The translations under genes were made by a program, and so were the position numbers. The notes beneath the pieces are model-generated. The model did no database searches and was not told the DNA's origin. It saw only the letters and a program-made list of their open reading frames with translations. From a virus, in the IMG/VR virus record IMGVR_UViG_3300026263_000200: a DNA stretch of 64,000 nt; one strand, given 5' to 3'. Shown one piece after another: positions 37,986-48,884 of this stretch; within the stretch, counting starts at the first letter, position 1; each line of letters begins with the position of its first letter.

Positions 37986-39081
37986 AAGTGTATTCAATAC
38001 AGATAAAAAGTTAGATTATACTAAACAACCTATGTTTTTTGGTAAAGATTTACAGGTACAAAGATATGATGAATTAAAATATCCTATCTTTAATAAATTG
38101 TTTCAACAACAATTAGGTTATTTCTGGAGACCTGAAGAAGTATCTTTACAAAAAGATATATCAGATTATAAAGAATTAAATGAACAAGGTAAGTTTATAT
38201 TTACATCTAATTTAAAATATCAAACAATGATGGATAGTGTGCAAGGTAGAGGACCTGCTTTAGCATTTTTACCTTTTGTTTCAATACCTGAATTAGAGAG
38301 TTGTGTTCTTGCGTGGGACTTCTTTGAAAACATACACTCACACTCTTATACATATATCATAAAAAATTTATATTCAAATCCTAGTGAAGTTTTTGATACT
38401 ATAATTACAGATGAAAAAATTGAAAAAAGAGCAATTAGTATAACACAAAGATATGATGATATGATTAATTTAGGTTATAAATGGCAACTAACACCAGATA
38501 AAGTTGATATGTATGAATTGAAAAAGAAATTATATTTAACATTGATGACTGTTAATATATTAGAAGGATTAAGATTTTATGTTTCTTTTGCGTGTTCGTT
38601 TGCATTTGGAGAACTAAAAATGTTAGAAGGTTCTGCTAAAATACTTTCTTTAATTGCAAGGGATGAAACTTTGCATTTATCAATCACACAAAGAATACTT
38701 AATAACTATCGTGATAATGAAAACGATAAAATTATGGATAAAGTGATTAAAGATTCAGAAAAAGAAGTTTATACAATGTATGAAAATGCAGTAGGACAAG
38801 AGAAACGTTGGGCAACTTATTTGTTCTCTAAAGGTTCTATGATAGGACTTTCAGAAAAACTATTACACCAATTTGTAGAGTATATGGCAAATAGACGTAT
38901 GAGAGCAATAGGATTAGAACCAAGATACGACCAAAAAGTAAATCCATTACCTTGGGTTGACCATTGGTTAAATAGTAGGTCATTACAAAATGCACCACAG
39001 GAAACAGAAATTGAAAGTTATGTTATAGGCGGAATTAAACAAGATGTACAAAAGGATCAGTTTAAAAAATTTAAATTATAA
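37978..39081 (+). CDS. nrdB: ribonucleotide reductase class Ia beta subunit
   Basis: FWRPEEV, ENIHSHSY, LEGLRFYVSF, RDETLH, APQETEIESY. Confidence 0.97.
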   Translation: MTKSVFNTDKKLDYTKQPMFFGKDLQVQRYDELKYPIFNKLFQQQLGYFWRPEEVSLQKDISDYKELNEQGKFIFTSNLKYQTMMDSVQGRGPALAFLPFVSIPELESCVLAWDFFENIHSHSYTYIIKNLYSNPSEVFDTIITDEKIEKRAISITQRYDDMINLGYKWQLTPDKVDMYELKKKLYLTLMTVNILEGLRFYVSFACSFAFGELKMLEGSAKILSLIARDETLHLSITQRILNNYRDNENDKIMDKVIKDSEKEVYTMYENAVGQEKRWATYLFSKGSMIGLSEKLLHQFVEYMANRRMRAIGLEPRYDQKVNPLPWVDHWLNSRSLQNAPQETEIESYVIGGIKQDVQKDQFKKFKL

Positions 39082-39093
39082 TACATATATATT

Positions 39094-39279
39094 ATGGACG
39101 AAGAGATAGGAAAGAGCATTAGGTTTAGTTGTGATAATTGTAAGGTAAGTTACACAATAAAATATGACGAAGACGAAACAGATATGAAACCTGAGTCTTG
39201 TCCATTTTGTAGTTATGAAGTAGAAGAAGAAGATGAAAATGAAGTTGGAGATGAAAATGAAGAAACTAGTTGGGATTGA
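39094..39279 (+). CDS. small Zn-ribbon acidic protein
   Basis: CDNC...CPFC. Confidence 0.65.
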   Translation: MDEEIGKSIRFSCDNCKVSYTIKYDEDETDMKPESCPFCSYEVEEEDENEVGDENEETSWD

Positions 39280-39814
39280 TTATAGTTTAACAAGTCCTGC
39301 CATATGTGTTACAGATAACTTTAAGTTTGAATATAGTCATTTTTATTTTCTTACTAATAAGAAAAAACATATGGGCAAATTTGGTAATATAATTGGTTAT
39401 GAACATCAACCGTGGACAGACCCTATCCAAAGATTTACTCAAATTTCTGATTGGGTTTTAAAAGTCTTAAAATTAAATCACTCTAAAGACAATATAGATA
39501 CACTAGCAATAGCAATAGAAAACTATTCTTATGGTTCTAAAGGTCAAGCATTATTTCAAATAGCAGAAAATTGTGGCATACTTAAATATAGATTAGCAGA
39601 ACAAAAATACAAATATAGTGTTATTGTACCAAGTGTTGTTAAGAAATTTGCTACAGGTAAAGGTAATGCAGATAAAGAAATGATGTACGAACAATTTTGT
39701 AAAGATACAAAAACAGATTTAAAGAAGTTATTAGATACAGCAAAGGCAGGTAATCCAGTATCAGATATAGTTGATAGTTGGTATATAGCAAAGGCACATT
39801 ATGGGCGACTTTAA
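39251..39814 (+). CDS. RuvC-like Holliday junction resolvase
   Basis: VGIDYS, IENYSY, ATGKGNADK, DIVDS. Confidence 0.75.
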   Translation: MKMKKLVGIDYSLTSPAICVTDNFKFEYSHFYFLTNKKKHMGKFGNIIGYEHQPWTDPIQRFTQISDWVLKVLKLNHSKDNIDTLAIAIENYSYGSKGQALFQIAENCGILKYRLAEQKYKYSVIVPSVVKKFATGKGNADKEMMYEQFCKDTKTDLKKLLDTAKAGNPVSDIVDSWYIAKAHYGRL

Positions 39815-40118
39815 AATATTAATACTTGCATATTTAATTGGGCATAGTCCAATAGAAACACAACAAACTTTTCAAATGGAAGGTTGGTATAAAAGTATGG
39901 AAGAGTGTAAAAAAGAATTACTTTTACAAAAACCAGATGGAAGATACGAAGTGATGAACGAGTTTGTTGTAGATGGAGAGTTTAAATGGGATTGGTTAGT
40001 TGCAGGTTGCAAAAGTGATACAACAGGAGAAGAATTCCAGATTTGGCCAAGTTATCCTAAAGGCAAACCAAAGGAGTTAGAAGGCATTGAGTTTGATGTT
40101 TTTGAATTACAAGTATGA
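39801..40118 (+). CDS. hypothetical protein
   Basis: ORF in operon. Confidence 0.5.
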   Translation: MGDFKILILAYLIGHSPIETQQTFQMEGWYKSMEECKKELLLQKPDGRYEVMNEFVVDGEFKWDWLVAGCKSDTTGEEFQIWPSYPKGKPKELEGIEFDVFELQV

Positions 40119-40558
40119 AATTATTAAAAGCAAGACAATATGTAACCTGTCAACACGCACCATTAAAAGGAATAAAACCTAAAGTTACAATAGTGCCTGT
40201 TAAAGATATAATGTTAACTGCTGATTATGAATGGATGATAAAAAGATATCCTGCTTTTAAAACTAGTATTGAAAGTGCAGGTATGAAGTTTCCTATTATC
40301 TATACAGATTTAGAACATTATTGGTTGAAAAGAAGATGGAAGAAAGACGAAGAAGGAAATTGTATACCTGGTTTATCAGTACACACAGGTAATAAAAGAG
40401 TGTATTGGGCAAAGAGAAATGGGTTTACCCATATAGAAGGATACTTTGTTAATAATAAAGATGAACAAGCGGCAATAGTTAGACAAACATTTTTAGCACC
40501 TGCTAGTTTTCCAACTACAAATGCTCGTGCATACCAAGAGGAGGTTAATAAAATATGA
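40115..40558 (+). CDS. ParB/Srx-like domain protein
   Basis: SIESAGMKFPII...VHTGNKRVYWAKRNG. Confidence 0.45.
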   Translation: MKLLKARQYVTCQHAPLKGIKPKVTIVPVKDIMLTADYEWMIKRYPAFKTSIESAGMKFPIIYTDLEHYWLKRRWKKDEEGNCIPGLSVHTGNKRVYWAKRNGFTHIEGYFVNNKDEQAAIVRQTFLAPASFPTTNARAYQEEVNKI

Positions 40559-41205
40559 CTTTACCAGAATTAGCAAATTTTAAACCAGATGAATTAGACA
40601 ATTTTGCTCAAAATAATTTTATGGTATATAATTGGGCAATGCCAGTTGAAGATTGTAAAATGATTATTGAGAAATTTGAACAGGTAGTTAAATATGATAT
40701 GTCCCAGGTAGATACATTTAAAACTGGTCATAAAGAATTTACAGAAATAGATATAGACAAATATGGTGATTCAGATTTTTGGAGAGAACCTAAAAAGAAA
40801 TTTATTGCAATGATTAAAGAATATAAAGCAAGATTTATGAAAAATTTGAGTATTAAAGATTTAGATTTTCCACCAGTAATAGATATGGAAAATATAAGAA
40901 TAAAAAAATATATGCCTAATGACAAAGACCAATTTAAAGTCCACGTAGATGTTGTTCGTTCTATGGGTGATTCAGCTAAAAGATTTTTAGTTTTTGTATT
41001 ATATCTTAATGATGTTGAACAAGGTGGTCATACATTGTTTCCAAAACCTAATATATGGGTAAAACCAAGAGCAGGAAGATTGTTAGTATTTCCACCCTTT
41101 TGGACTCACCCACACGCAGGATTAAAACCATTAAGTGGTCCAAAATATATTATGATGTCTTATTTACATTATGGGGACGCAGAAGATCCGAGGTATAAAA
41201 AATAA
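40555..41205 (+). CDS. 2OG-Fe(II) oxygenase
   Basis: HVD...YLND...GG.T.F...FPPFWTHPH...KY; paralog of 9306. Confidence 0.85.
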   Translation: MTLPELANFKPDELDNFAQNNFMVYNWAMPVEDCKMIIEKFEQVVKYDMSQVDTFKTGHKEFTEIDIDKYGDSDFWREPKKKFIAMIKEYKARFMKNLSIKDLDFPPVIDMENIRIKKYMPNDKDQFKVHVDVVRSMGDSAKRFLVFVLYLNDVEQGGHTLFPKPNIWVKPRAGRLLVFPPFWTHPHAGLKPLSGPKYIMMSYLHYGDAEDPRYKK

Positions 41206-41504
41206 TGTATCAACCATTACCAGACGAATTATATATTAGAAGAAGTGCCATTGAAGGTATGGGTTTATTTGCTAAAGAAGATATTGATGGTAATGTTAAT
41301 TTAGGTTTAAGCCATATAGTTGTTGATGGTGAGCTTATAAGAACACCATTAGGAGGTTTTGTTAATCATAGTGATGAACCTAATTGTATAAAAATTAAAG
41401 AAGGTGATAGGTATAGTTTATTTACCTTGCGTGATATAAAAGCGGAAGAAGAAATAACATTGGAATATACTTTTTATAATGTAAATGAACTTGGAACAAA
41501 GTAA
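41205..41504 (+). CDS. SET-domain protein
   Basis: SAIEGMGLFA, FVNHSDEPN, RDIKAEEEITLEY. Confidence 0.85.
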   Translation: MYQPLPDELYIRRSAIEGMGLFAKEDIDGNVNLGLSHIVVDGELIRTPLGGFVNHSDEPNCIKIKEGDRYSLFTLRDIKAEEEITLEYTFYNVNELGTK

Positions 41505-42363
41505 AGAACTATTTAAAAAAAATATATATTCAGTAGAGATAGGTATTCATAACTATTGTAATAGAACTTGTACATTTTGTCCTTTATCAAGAAAAGATGT
41601 AAATAGAAGAGTGAAAAGAAATATGACCTTTATGACGGATGCAATGTATTTAAGTATATTAAATCAATTAGCAGAAATAGATTTTAATGGTCGTATAGAT
41701 TTTACAAGATATCACGAACCACTTTCAGATAAAGAAGCAATATTAGAAGCAGTAAGAGCAGCTAAAAGAATTATACCTAAAGCAAAGATTAATATTAATA
41801 CCAATTCAGATTATCTTAATAAAGAGTACATACAAGAGTTGATAGAAGCAGGCGTAGATAATATAGCAATGCAAGCGTATTTAAAAAATGGTGCAACTGT
41901 TTATAATGAAAACGAAGTATTTGAACGTATTAACCATATATGTGATAGAATAGGTGTAGAAAGAATTAATCCAGATGAACATAAAAATAAAGATTGGATT
42001 ATATACAGACTGCCACAATTTAAAGGTTCTATTCACGCAAGAAATTATTGGAAGAATGGAACTAATAGAGCAGGTAGTGTGCCAATAGATTTAGGTTATA
42101 CACGAACACAACCTTGTACTAGTATGAATAAAGGAATTTTTATAGAGTTTGATGGTTCAATGACTATCTGTTGTGATATGTTGACACCAGAAGTCCATAG
42201 TAAATGGGCAGTAGGTAATTTAAAAAAAGAACCTAGTTTGTTTTTAAACTATACTAGTGATTACTATACAGAATGGAGAGAAAGAATTAATAGAGCAGAT
42301 TGGTTTAAAGGTTCTCCTTGTATAGTTTGTAAAAGGGATGTAAGAGGTAAAGAGGCAAGATAA
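41485..42363 (+). CDS. radical SAM enzyme with SPASM/twitch-like C-terminus
   Basis: CNRTCTFC motif; C-terminal PC...CCD...GN...CIVC. Confidence 0.85.
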   Translation: MNLEQSKELFKKNIYSVEIGIHNYCNRTCTFCPLSRKDVNRRVKRNMTFMTDAMYLSILNQLAEIDFNGRIDFTRYHEPLSDKEAILEAVRAAKRIIPKAKININTNSDYLNKEYIQELIEAGVDNIAMQAYLKNGATVYNENEVFERINHICDRIGVERINPDEHKNKDWIIYRLPQFKGSIHARNYWKNGTNRAGSVPIDLGYTRTQPCTSMNKGIFIEFDGSMTICCDMLTPEVHSKWAVGNLKKEPSLFLNYTSDYYTEWRERINRADWFKGSPCIVCKRDVRGKEAR

Positions 42364-44177
42364 TGTGTGCGATACACGGAATATTATATAGGTCTAAAGA
42401 GTTAATGGATGAAATGTTGTGCCAAGCACATCATAGAGGACCTGATGGTAATGGTCAATGGAGTGATGAAGATATTACTTTAGGTCATAATCTATTATCA
42501 ATTATAGACACTACAGAAAATTCAAAACAACCTTGGTTTCATAATGATTGGGTATTAGTTTATAATGGAGAGATATATAATTATAAAGAATTAGGTTTTA
42601 AAACTAAAACTAATACAGATACAGAAGTTTTAATTAGAGGTTTGGAAAAAGAAGGTTCATCATTTATTAAAAAATTAGATGGTATGTTTGCCTTTGCCGC
42701 TTATAATAAAAAGAAAAAAGAATTAATACTTGCTAGAGATAGTAATGGTGCAAAACCTTTATATTATGGTTATATAAATGATAAGTTAGCATTTTCTTCT
42801 GAAATTAAAAGTTTATTAGCAATAGGATTTGAAAGAAAAGTAGATAAAGAAGCATTTAAACATTATTATAAACAAGGATATAATTCTGGTTATTTAACTT
42901 TATTCAAAGGTATAAAGAAATTAGTACCAGGTGAGTATGTTAAAATTAATATTAGAACAAAACGAAGAACATCATCCAATCTTAATAATATACCTGTAAA
43001 ACAAATACCAGTTAAAAATGTAGGTAAGATTTCAGAAGAAGTTAGAAATAGATTATATCAGGCGACTAAACAGACTTTAATGGGACGTAGAGAGATTGGT
43101 TTATTTTTAAGTGGTGGTATTGATAGTACATCTATATTATATGAAATGACACAATCATTAGATACAAAACCAAATACATTTAGCTCCAGATTTATATTAA
43201 AAGATAGAAAAAGTAGACTTAATCAAGACCCCGATTTGGCAAAATCAACATCAGCATTATATGGTGGTATACATAAAGAGCTACTTATAGATGAGAAAAA
43301 TTATGTAGATACTATGAGAGATACAATATTAGCTTTAGAAGAACCTAGACAAAGTAAAAGTCTACCTGTGTATTATAATGTAAATAAATTTATAAAACAA
43401 AATGGTATAACAGTAACTTTAAGTGGTGATGGAGGAGATGAATTATTATGTGGTTATAAACATCATAGAAAACCAGAATGGAGAACTAAATTAAAAGCAT
43501 TATCTTCTGAACATAAAGAATTACAAAATAAAGAGTTATGGGCAAGTCTTGATGAACAAATGACATATTTTGATAGTTGGTTTCCTACAGGTGGATTACA
43601 AGGTGATAAGATAAATGATTTTATGTTCATAGAATGCTTGAATACATTATCAGAAGATTTTTTAATTAGAAATGATAAGTTAGGTATGAGATTTAGTTTA
43701 GAAGGAAGATTTCCTATGTTGAATAAAACATTTAGAGATTATATAAGAAGTGTACCTAGTGAGTTTAAAGTTAATAAGGAATATATGACAGGTGATTGGT
43801 CTAGGCACAATAAACCATTATTAAAAACTGCTTACTTTAGTAGATTGCCACACTATATATTAAAAAGAGCAAAGACAGGTTGGAGATTTCCTACAGACGA
43901 AGGTATAATAGGAAGATTTTCTAATCCAGCTCCAAATAATAGTACATTGAAAGATTATATTAGACATTTATTAATGAATAAGGAAATGCAAGAAATTTTT
44001 GAATATACCCCTGCTGATATAGATAATAAATATATGAGTACGAAAGGATGGGAAAAAGGTTTTAATAAAAGTGGTAAAGAAACTATATTGGCAAATATAG
44101 GACAAAAATCACAAAAACAATTATTTACTATACTATCCTTTGCCGTGTGGTATGATGTATTTAAAATGAGTATATAG
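42363..44177 (+). CDS. asnB: asparagine-synthase-like glutamine amidotransferase
   Basis: N-terminal Cys, HRGPD, YNGEIYN, LSGGIDS, SGDGGDE. Confidence 0.9.
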   Translation: MCAIHGILYRSKELMDEMLCQAHHRGPDGNGQWSDEDITLGHNLLSIIDTTENSKQPWFHNDWVLVYNGEIYNYKELGFKTKTNTDTEVLIRGLEKEGSSFIKKLDGMFAFAAYNKKKKELILARDSNGAKPLYYGYINDKLAFSSEIKSLLAIGFERKVDKEAFKHYYKQGYNSGYLTLFKGIKKLVPGEYVKINIRTKRRTSSNLNNIPVKQIPVKNVGKISEEVRNRLYQATKQTLMGRREIGLFLSGGIDSTSILYEMTQSLDTKPNTFSSRFILKDRKSRLNQDPDLAKSTSALYGGIHKELLIDEKNYVDTMRDTILALEEPRQSKSLPVYYNVNKFIKQNGITVTLSGDGGDELLCGYKHHRKPEWRTKLKALSSEHKELQNKELWASLDEQMTYFDSWFPTGGLQGDKINDFMFIECLNTLSEDFLIRNDKLGMRFSLEGRFPMLNKTFRDYIRSVPSEFKVNKEYMTGDWSRHNKPLLKTAYFSRLPHYILKRAKTGWRFPTDEGIIGRFSNPAPNNSTLKDYIRHLLMNKEMQEIFEYTPADIDNKYMSTKGWEKGFNKSGKETILANIGQKSQKQLFTILSFAVWYDVFKMSI

Positions 44178-44185
44178 GAGAAATT

Positions 44186-45388
44186 ATGAAATATCCATTA
44201 GCTAGTGATACTTGGGATCATAAAGAGTTACACGCAATACAAGAAGTCATAAAAGGTGGACGATATACAATGGGTCCTTACGTCAAGAAGTTTGAGCAAG
44301 AGTTTGCCAAATATTTTAGATGTAATGAGGCAGTTATGGTTAATAGTGGGTCAACTGCTAATCTATTAATGATAGCACTATTGAAATTAAAATATAAAAG
44401 AGGTGGTAATATAATTGTGCCTGCTGTATCTTGGTCAACAACATATTTTCCATTACAACAATACGGTTTCAAATTAAATTTTGTAGATGTAGATAGAGAA
44501 ACTTTAAATATAGACCCTAATAAAGTTAGAGAAGCAATTAATGATGATACTTGCGCTATATTTGCAGTTAATCTTTTAGGTAACTCCTGTGACCATTATT
44601 CATTAATGCATATTGCTAGAGATAATGGACTTATGTTAATAGAGGACAATTGTGAGAGTTTAGGTGCTCAGACATATAACTTTGAATATTGTGGAACGTT
44701 TGCTGATTTAGGTAGTTTTTCTTTCTTCTTTTCACATCACTTACAAACAATGGAAGGTGGTATGATTGCTTGTAGAAATAAAGATGACGCTGATTATTTA
44801 AGGTCATTAAGAGCACACGGTTGGTGCCGAGATTTACCAGACGACAATAAGATTTATAAGAAGACTGGAGATAAATTTAAAGATAGTTTTACGTTTGTAA
44901 CTCCAGGTTATAGTGTAAGACCATTAGAAATGAGTGGTGCAATAGGTAGTGTGCAACTTAAAAAAGAAATGGAAATGAGAACTCAAAGAATTCGTAATGC
45001 AAAATATTTTCAACATAAATTTAAAGATAATAAAGATATTTTATTACAGAAAGAAATAGGAACGTCTAGTTGGTTTGGATTCTCATTAGTATTACAAAAT
45101 GATTTATATGGTTGGCGTGATGTAATTGTTAATAGACTTACTAAAGCAGGAGTAGAGTGTAGACCTATTGTTGCAGGTAATTTTATGAACAATCCTGTAA
45201 TAGATTATCTTGATTATTATAATAATAGTTGTCCAAATGCAGATTACATACACGAAAATGGTTTGTTTATAGGAAACGATATAAGAGATTTAAAAGAAAA
45301 TATTGATATGGTTTATGATTTGATTAATAAACCAGTAACTAGATTAGAACAAATGGAAACATTAACACACGATCCTATTGTGGATTAA
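44186..45388 (+). CDS. PLP-dependent sugar 3-dehydratase, ColD-like (DegT/DnrJ family)
   Basis: VNSGSTAN, IEDNCESLG, SFFFSHHLQTMEGG with His at the usual Schiff-base Lys position. Confidence 0.8.
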   Translation: MKYPLASDTWDHKELHAIQEVIKGGRYTMGPYVKKFEQEFAKYFRCNEAVMVNSGSTANLLMIALLKLKYKRGGNIIVPAVSWSTTYFPLQQYGFKLNFVDVDRETLNIDPNKVREAINDDTCAIFAVNLLGNSCDHYSLMHIARDNGLMLIEDNCESLGAQTYNFEYCGTFADLGSFSFFFSHHLQTMEGGMIACRNKDDADYLRSLRAHGWCRDLPDDNKIYKKTGDKFKDSFTFVTPGYSVRPLEMSGAIGSVQLKKEMEMRTQRIRNAKYFQHKFKDNKDILLQKEIGTSSWFGFSLVLQNDLYGWRDVIVNRLTKAGVECRPIVAGNFMNNPVIDYLDYYNNSCPNADYIHENGLFIGNDIRDLKENIDMVYDLINKPVTRLEQMETLTHDPIVD

Positions 45389-45400
45389 TTAAGGAGAAAA

Positions 45401-46450
45401 ATGAAAAGAGCATTAATAACAGGTATAACTGGACAAGACGGCGCTTATCTTGCTAAATTGTTATTAGAAAAAGGTTATAAAGTATTTGGTGGACAAAGAC
45501 GAAGTACATCACCAAAACATTGGCGATTAGATGAAATGGGTATTACAGACCAAATAGAGTTTGTTGAACTTGATGTAATAGACCAGGCAAATATAAGAAG
45601 AGCTATAGAAGAAACTCAACCAGATGAAGTGTATAATTTAGCTGCTCAATCTTTTGTATGGTTATCATTTAAACAACCAGAACTTGCTACTTTAATAGAC
45701 GCAATGGGTCCTTTGAGAATACTAGAAAGTATAAGACAAGTAAATCCTAAAATAAAATTTTATCAAGCAAGTACAAGTGAAATGTATGGAAAAGTATTTG
45801 AAACACCACAAAAAGAAACAACGAAGTTTTGGCCGAGGTCACCATATGGTGTTGCAAAACTATATGCTCATCACATAACAGTAAATTATAGAGAGGCATA
45901 TGATATGTTTGCTTGTTGTGGTTTATTATTTAATCACGAAAGTCCACATAGAGGTGAGGACTTTGTAACTAGAAAGATATCAAAAGGTTTAGCACATTGG
46001 TTGCAAGAAGGAAGACCAATTGTTTTAGGAAATTTAAATGCAAAAAGAGATTGGGGACACGCTGAGGATTTTGTTAGAGGTATGTGGCAAATGCTACAAC
46101 ACGATAAACCAGATGATTATGTATTAGCAACTGGTGAAATTCATACAGTAAAAGAATTTGCAGATATGGCATTAGATTATAAAGATATAAAACATTATTG
46201 GAAAGATGGTCAATGTTTTACAGACGGCAATCAGTTAATTATTACTACTGATAAGAAACATTTAAGACCTGCTGAGGTAGATGTATTACAAGGGGATGCT
46301 AGTAAGGCAAGAGAAGTATTAGGTTGGGAACATAAACATAATGTAGAGAGTTTAATGAAACAAATGGTTGACGCAGATGTTGGTAGATTTTGTAGTGACC
46401 ATCAATCAGGAGTACCAAGACTTTGGGATGCTCCAGAGAATTGTATATAA
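45401..46450 (+). CDS. gmd: GDP-mannose 4,6-dehydratase
   Basis: GITGQDGAYLA, YNLAAQSFV, QASTSEMYG, SPYGVAK, RDWGHA. Confidence 0.95.
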   Translation: MKRALITGITGQDGAYLAKLLLEKGYKVFGGQRRSTSPKHWRLDEMGITDQIEFVELDVIDQANIRRAIEETQPDEVYNLAAQSFVWLSFKQPELATLIDAMGPLRILESIRQVNPKIKFYQASTSEMYGKVFETPQKETTKFWPRSPYGVAKLYAHHITVNYREAYDMFACCGLLFNHESPHRGEDFVTRKISKGLAHWLQEGRPIVLGNLNAKRDWGHAEDFVRGMWQMLQHDKPDDYVLATGEIHTVKEFADMALDYKDIKHYWKDGQCFTDGNQLIITTDKKHLRPAEVDVLQGDASKAREVLGWEHKHNVESLMKQMVDADVGRFCSDHQSGVPRLWDAPENCI

Positions 46451-47205
46451 TGGCTGATTACGTATTTTGTACAACATTTAATAAAAAACTTTATGATGAC
46501 TATGCTCATCAATTAATTGACACGTTTATAGCAACAAAACAAATACCAATGATGTATGTTTATGTGGAAGATAATCCAGACTGGTATCCTAAAATACCTA
46601 GAGTACATTATTATAATATATTTGATTATGAACCAGCTTTAAAAGATTTTATTGAAAGAAATAAACATAGAAAAGCAAATACTTTCTATGAAGAAGCGAT
46701 AAGATTTAGTTATAAAGTATTTGCTCAATCAGCGGCAAGAAATAGGGGAGAAAAAATATTTTATGTAGATAGTGATTGTAAGTTTATGGGCACAATACCT
46801 GAAGAGTGGTACAACCAATGTTTACCAGATGATACGTTAATATCGTTTTATGATAGACCATCACAATATACAGAAACAGGTTTTGTTGCATTTAATAATA
46901 CACCAAACAATAATCATAGCATATGCAACCAGTTTTTTAATGCATATAGAGATTGGTATGTAACAGATAAAGTATATACAATAAACAAATTAGAAAAGAA
47001 TTTTTGGACAGATTGCCACACATTGGACGGTACTAGGCAAATGTTTAAGGACAATCCAGCTTATATTGAAAAAATACTAGGGGATGGTAAAAATGGACAT
47101 ATAATGGCAAGAGATAAGTTTATTAATCCTTATATAGACCATAGAAAAGGACCAAGAAAAAAACAATCAAATAGTCCAGAATGGAGAAAAAATAATGACA
47201 GATAA
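46450..47205 (+). CDS. putative glycosyltransferase
   Basis: RFSYKVFA, YVDSD (DxD), ETGF, DHRKG. Confidence 0.6.
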   Translation: MADYVFCTTFNKKLYDDYAHQLIDTFIATKQIPMMYVYVEDNPDWYPKIPRVHYYNIFDYEPALKDFIERNKHRKANTFYEEAIRFSYKVFAQSAARNRGEKIFYVDSDCKFMGTIPEEWYNQCLPDDTLISFYDRPSQYTETGFVAFNNTPNNNHSICNQFFNAYRDWYVTDKVYTINKLEKNFWTDCHTLDGTRQMFKDNPAYIEKILGDGKNGHIMARDKFINPYIDHRKGPRKKQSNSPEWRKNNDR

Positions 47206-47452
47206 AGATGAACTAAAAAAAGCTTTAGATGGTGAAATGGCTATACCAACAGAAACATCTAACGAAAATGATAAAACTTATGAGAATGAAAGTACAAGAG
47301 ATTATTCTCCAATGGTACAACTTTCAGTTAGAGAATATGATAAGTTAAAAGAACAAAGTAAATATATTACAGACCCTACTTTAATTGGTATGATAGATAA
47401 GTTAGAGTTTTTTGTAAAAGAGTTGAGAAAACATATAGTAAGAAAATTATAA
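47195..47452 (+). CDS. hypothetical protein
   Basis: ORF with GGAG RBS. Confidence 0.5.
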   Translation: MTDKDELKKALDGEMAIPTETSNENDKTYENESTRDYSPMVQLSVREYDKLKEQSKYITDPTLIGMIDKLEFFVKELRKHIVRKL

Positions 47453-48126
47453 TGATTAACATTTTTATAGGATATGATAGTAAAGAAAAGGTAGCATTTA
47501 ATGTACTTGCATATAGTATATTAAAAAATAGTACAAGACCTGTATCTATTACACCTATTTATTTACCAAATATAAAAGATAACTTTACAAGAGAACGTAG
47601 TAATATAGAATCAACTGAATTTAGTTTTAGTAGATTTATAGTACCTCACCTTATGAACTATAAAGGTTGGGCATTATTTTTAGATTGCGACCAATTAATG
47701 ACAGGTGATGTTGCTGAATTATGGAGATTACGTGATGAGAAGTATGCCGTACAAGTATGTAAGCACGATTACCAACCAATAGAAAGTAAAAAGTTTTTAG
47801 GTCAAGTACAAACAAAATATGTTAAGAAAAATTGGTCAAGTTTTATGTTAATGAATTGTGATAAGTGTACAGCATTAACACCTGATTATGTTAATAGTGC
47901 AACAGGATTACAATTACACCAATTCAAATGGTTAGAAAATGATGATAAGATTGGTGAACTACCATTAGAGTGGAATTGGTTAGTTGGGGAACCTGGATAT
48001 AATTATAAACAAGATGTAAAAAATATACATTATACAAAAGGTGGACCTTGGTTTAATGAATATAGAGATTGTGATTATTCAAAAGAGTGGTTGAAATTAT
48101 ATGATGAGTGTTGTGATATAGAGTAA
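47452..48126 (+). CDS. glycosyltransferase (GT-A fold)
   Basis: IFIGYD, STEFSFSRF, FLDCD, KNWSS, WNWLV, HYTKGGPW. Confidence 0.8.
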   Translation: MINIFIGYDSKEKVAFNVLAYSILKNSTRPVSITPIYLPNIKDNFTRERSNIESTEFSFSRFIVPHLMNYKGWALFLDCDQLMTGDVAELWRLRDEKYAVQVCKHDYQPIESKKFLGQVQTKYVKKNWSSFMLMNCDKCTALTPDYVNSATGLQLHQFKWLENDDKIGELPLEWNWLVGEPGYNYKQDVKNIHYTKGGPWFNEYRDCDYSKEWLKLYDECCDIE

Positions 48127-48884
48127 TGGTACAAGGATTATTAACTAGACCAGCGACAGATGAAGTTGTAAAACCTTTTGTTGAAAGTGCAAAGGGAACA
48201 TTACATACGGTTGACAATGTTGATATTAATAAACCCATTGCTTGTTTTGGAATATTAAGAGGCACAGGCGAACTTCTGAAACAAAGTAAAGAGTTTTATT
48301 ATTTTGACCACGCTTACTTATATGGTAATAGACATAAACCATCAAAGGTATCTGGTGAGAGAATATATAGATTAACAAAAAATCATTATCATATACAAAC
48401 TATACAAGCATTAACAGATGAAGACCACGAAAGAATTAAAAAGTATAAACAGTATATAAAATTAAAACCTTGGAAAACTGGTAAAGAAGGTGGTTATATA
48501 TTAATTATAGCACCTTCTCATTTTCAAATAGCATATCATAATATAGGTAGTTGGGTTGATGATACTATAAAGATTTTAAAACAACATACAGATAGACCTA
48601 TTAAAGTAAGAGATAAAAAAAGTATGAAACCATTAAGAGAAGAAGTAGAAGGTGCATATGCTGTAGTATCTCATAATTCAGCAGTTGTAGTTGACGCTAT
48701 TATAAATGGAGTACCTATATTTTGTGATAAAATGAATATGGGTGTACCAATGGGGTTAACAGATTTTAGTAAAATAGAACAACCTATAAAACCTGGTAGA
48801 TTGAACTGGATATATAGTTTACTAGCAAACCAATTTACTATGACAGAAATAAAAGATGGAACAGCGTGGAGAAAAGTACAATGA
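48126..48884 (+). CDS. putative polysaccharide-modifying/GT-B-like protein
   Basis: YYFDHAY, VVSHNSAVVVDAIINGVP; paralog of 50392. Confidence 0.5.
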   Translation: MVQGLLTRPATDEVVKPFVESAKGTLHTVDNVDINKPIACFGILRGTGELLKQSKEFYYFDHAYLYGNRHKPSKVSGERIYRLTKNHYHIQTIQALTDEDHERIKKYKQYIKLKPWKTGKEGGYILIIAPSHFQIAYHNIGSWVDDTIKILKQHTDRPIKVRDKKSMKPLREEVEGAYAVVSHNSAVVVDAIINGVPIFCDKMNMGVPMGLTDFSKIEQPIKPGRLNWIYSLLANQFTMTEIKDGTAWRKVQ

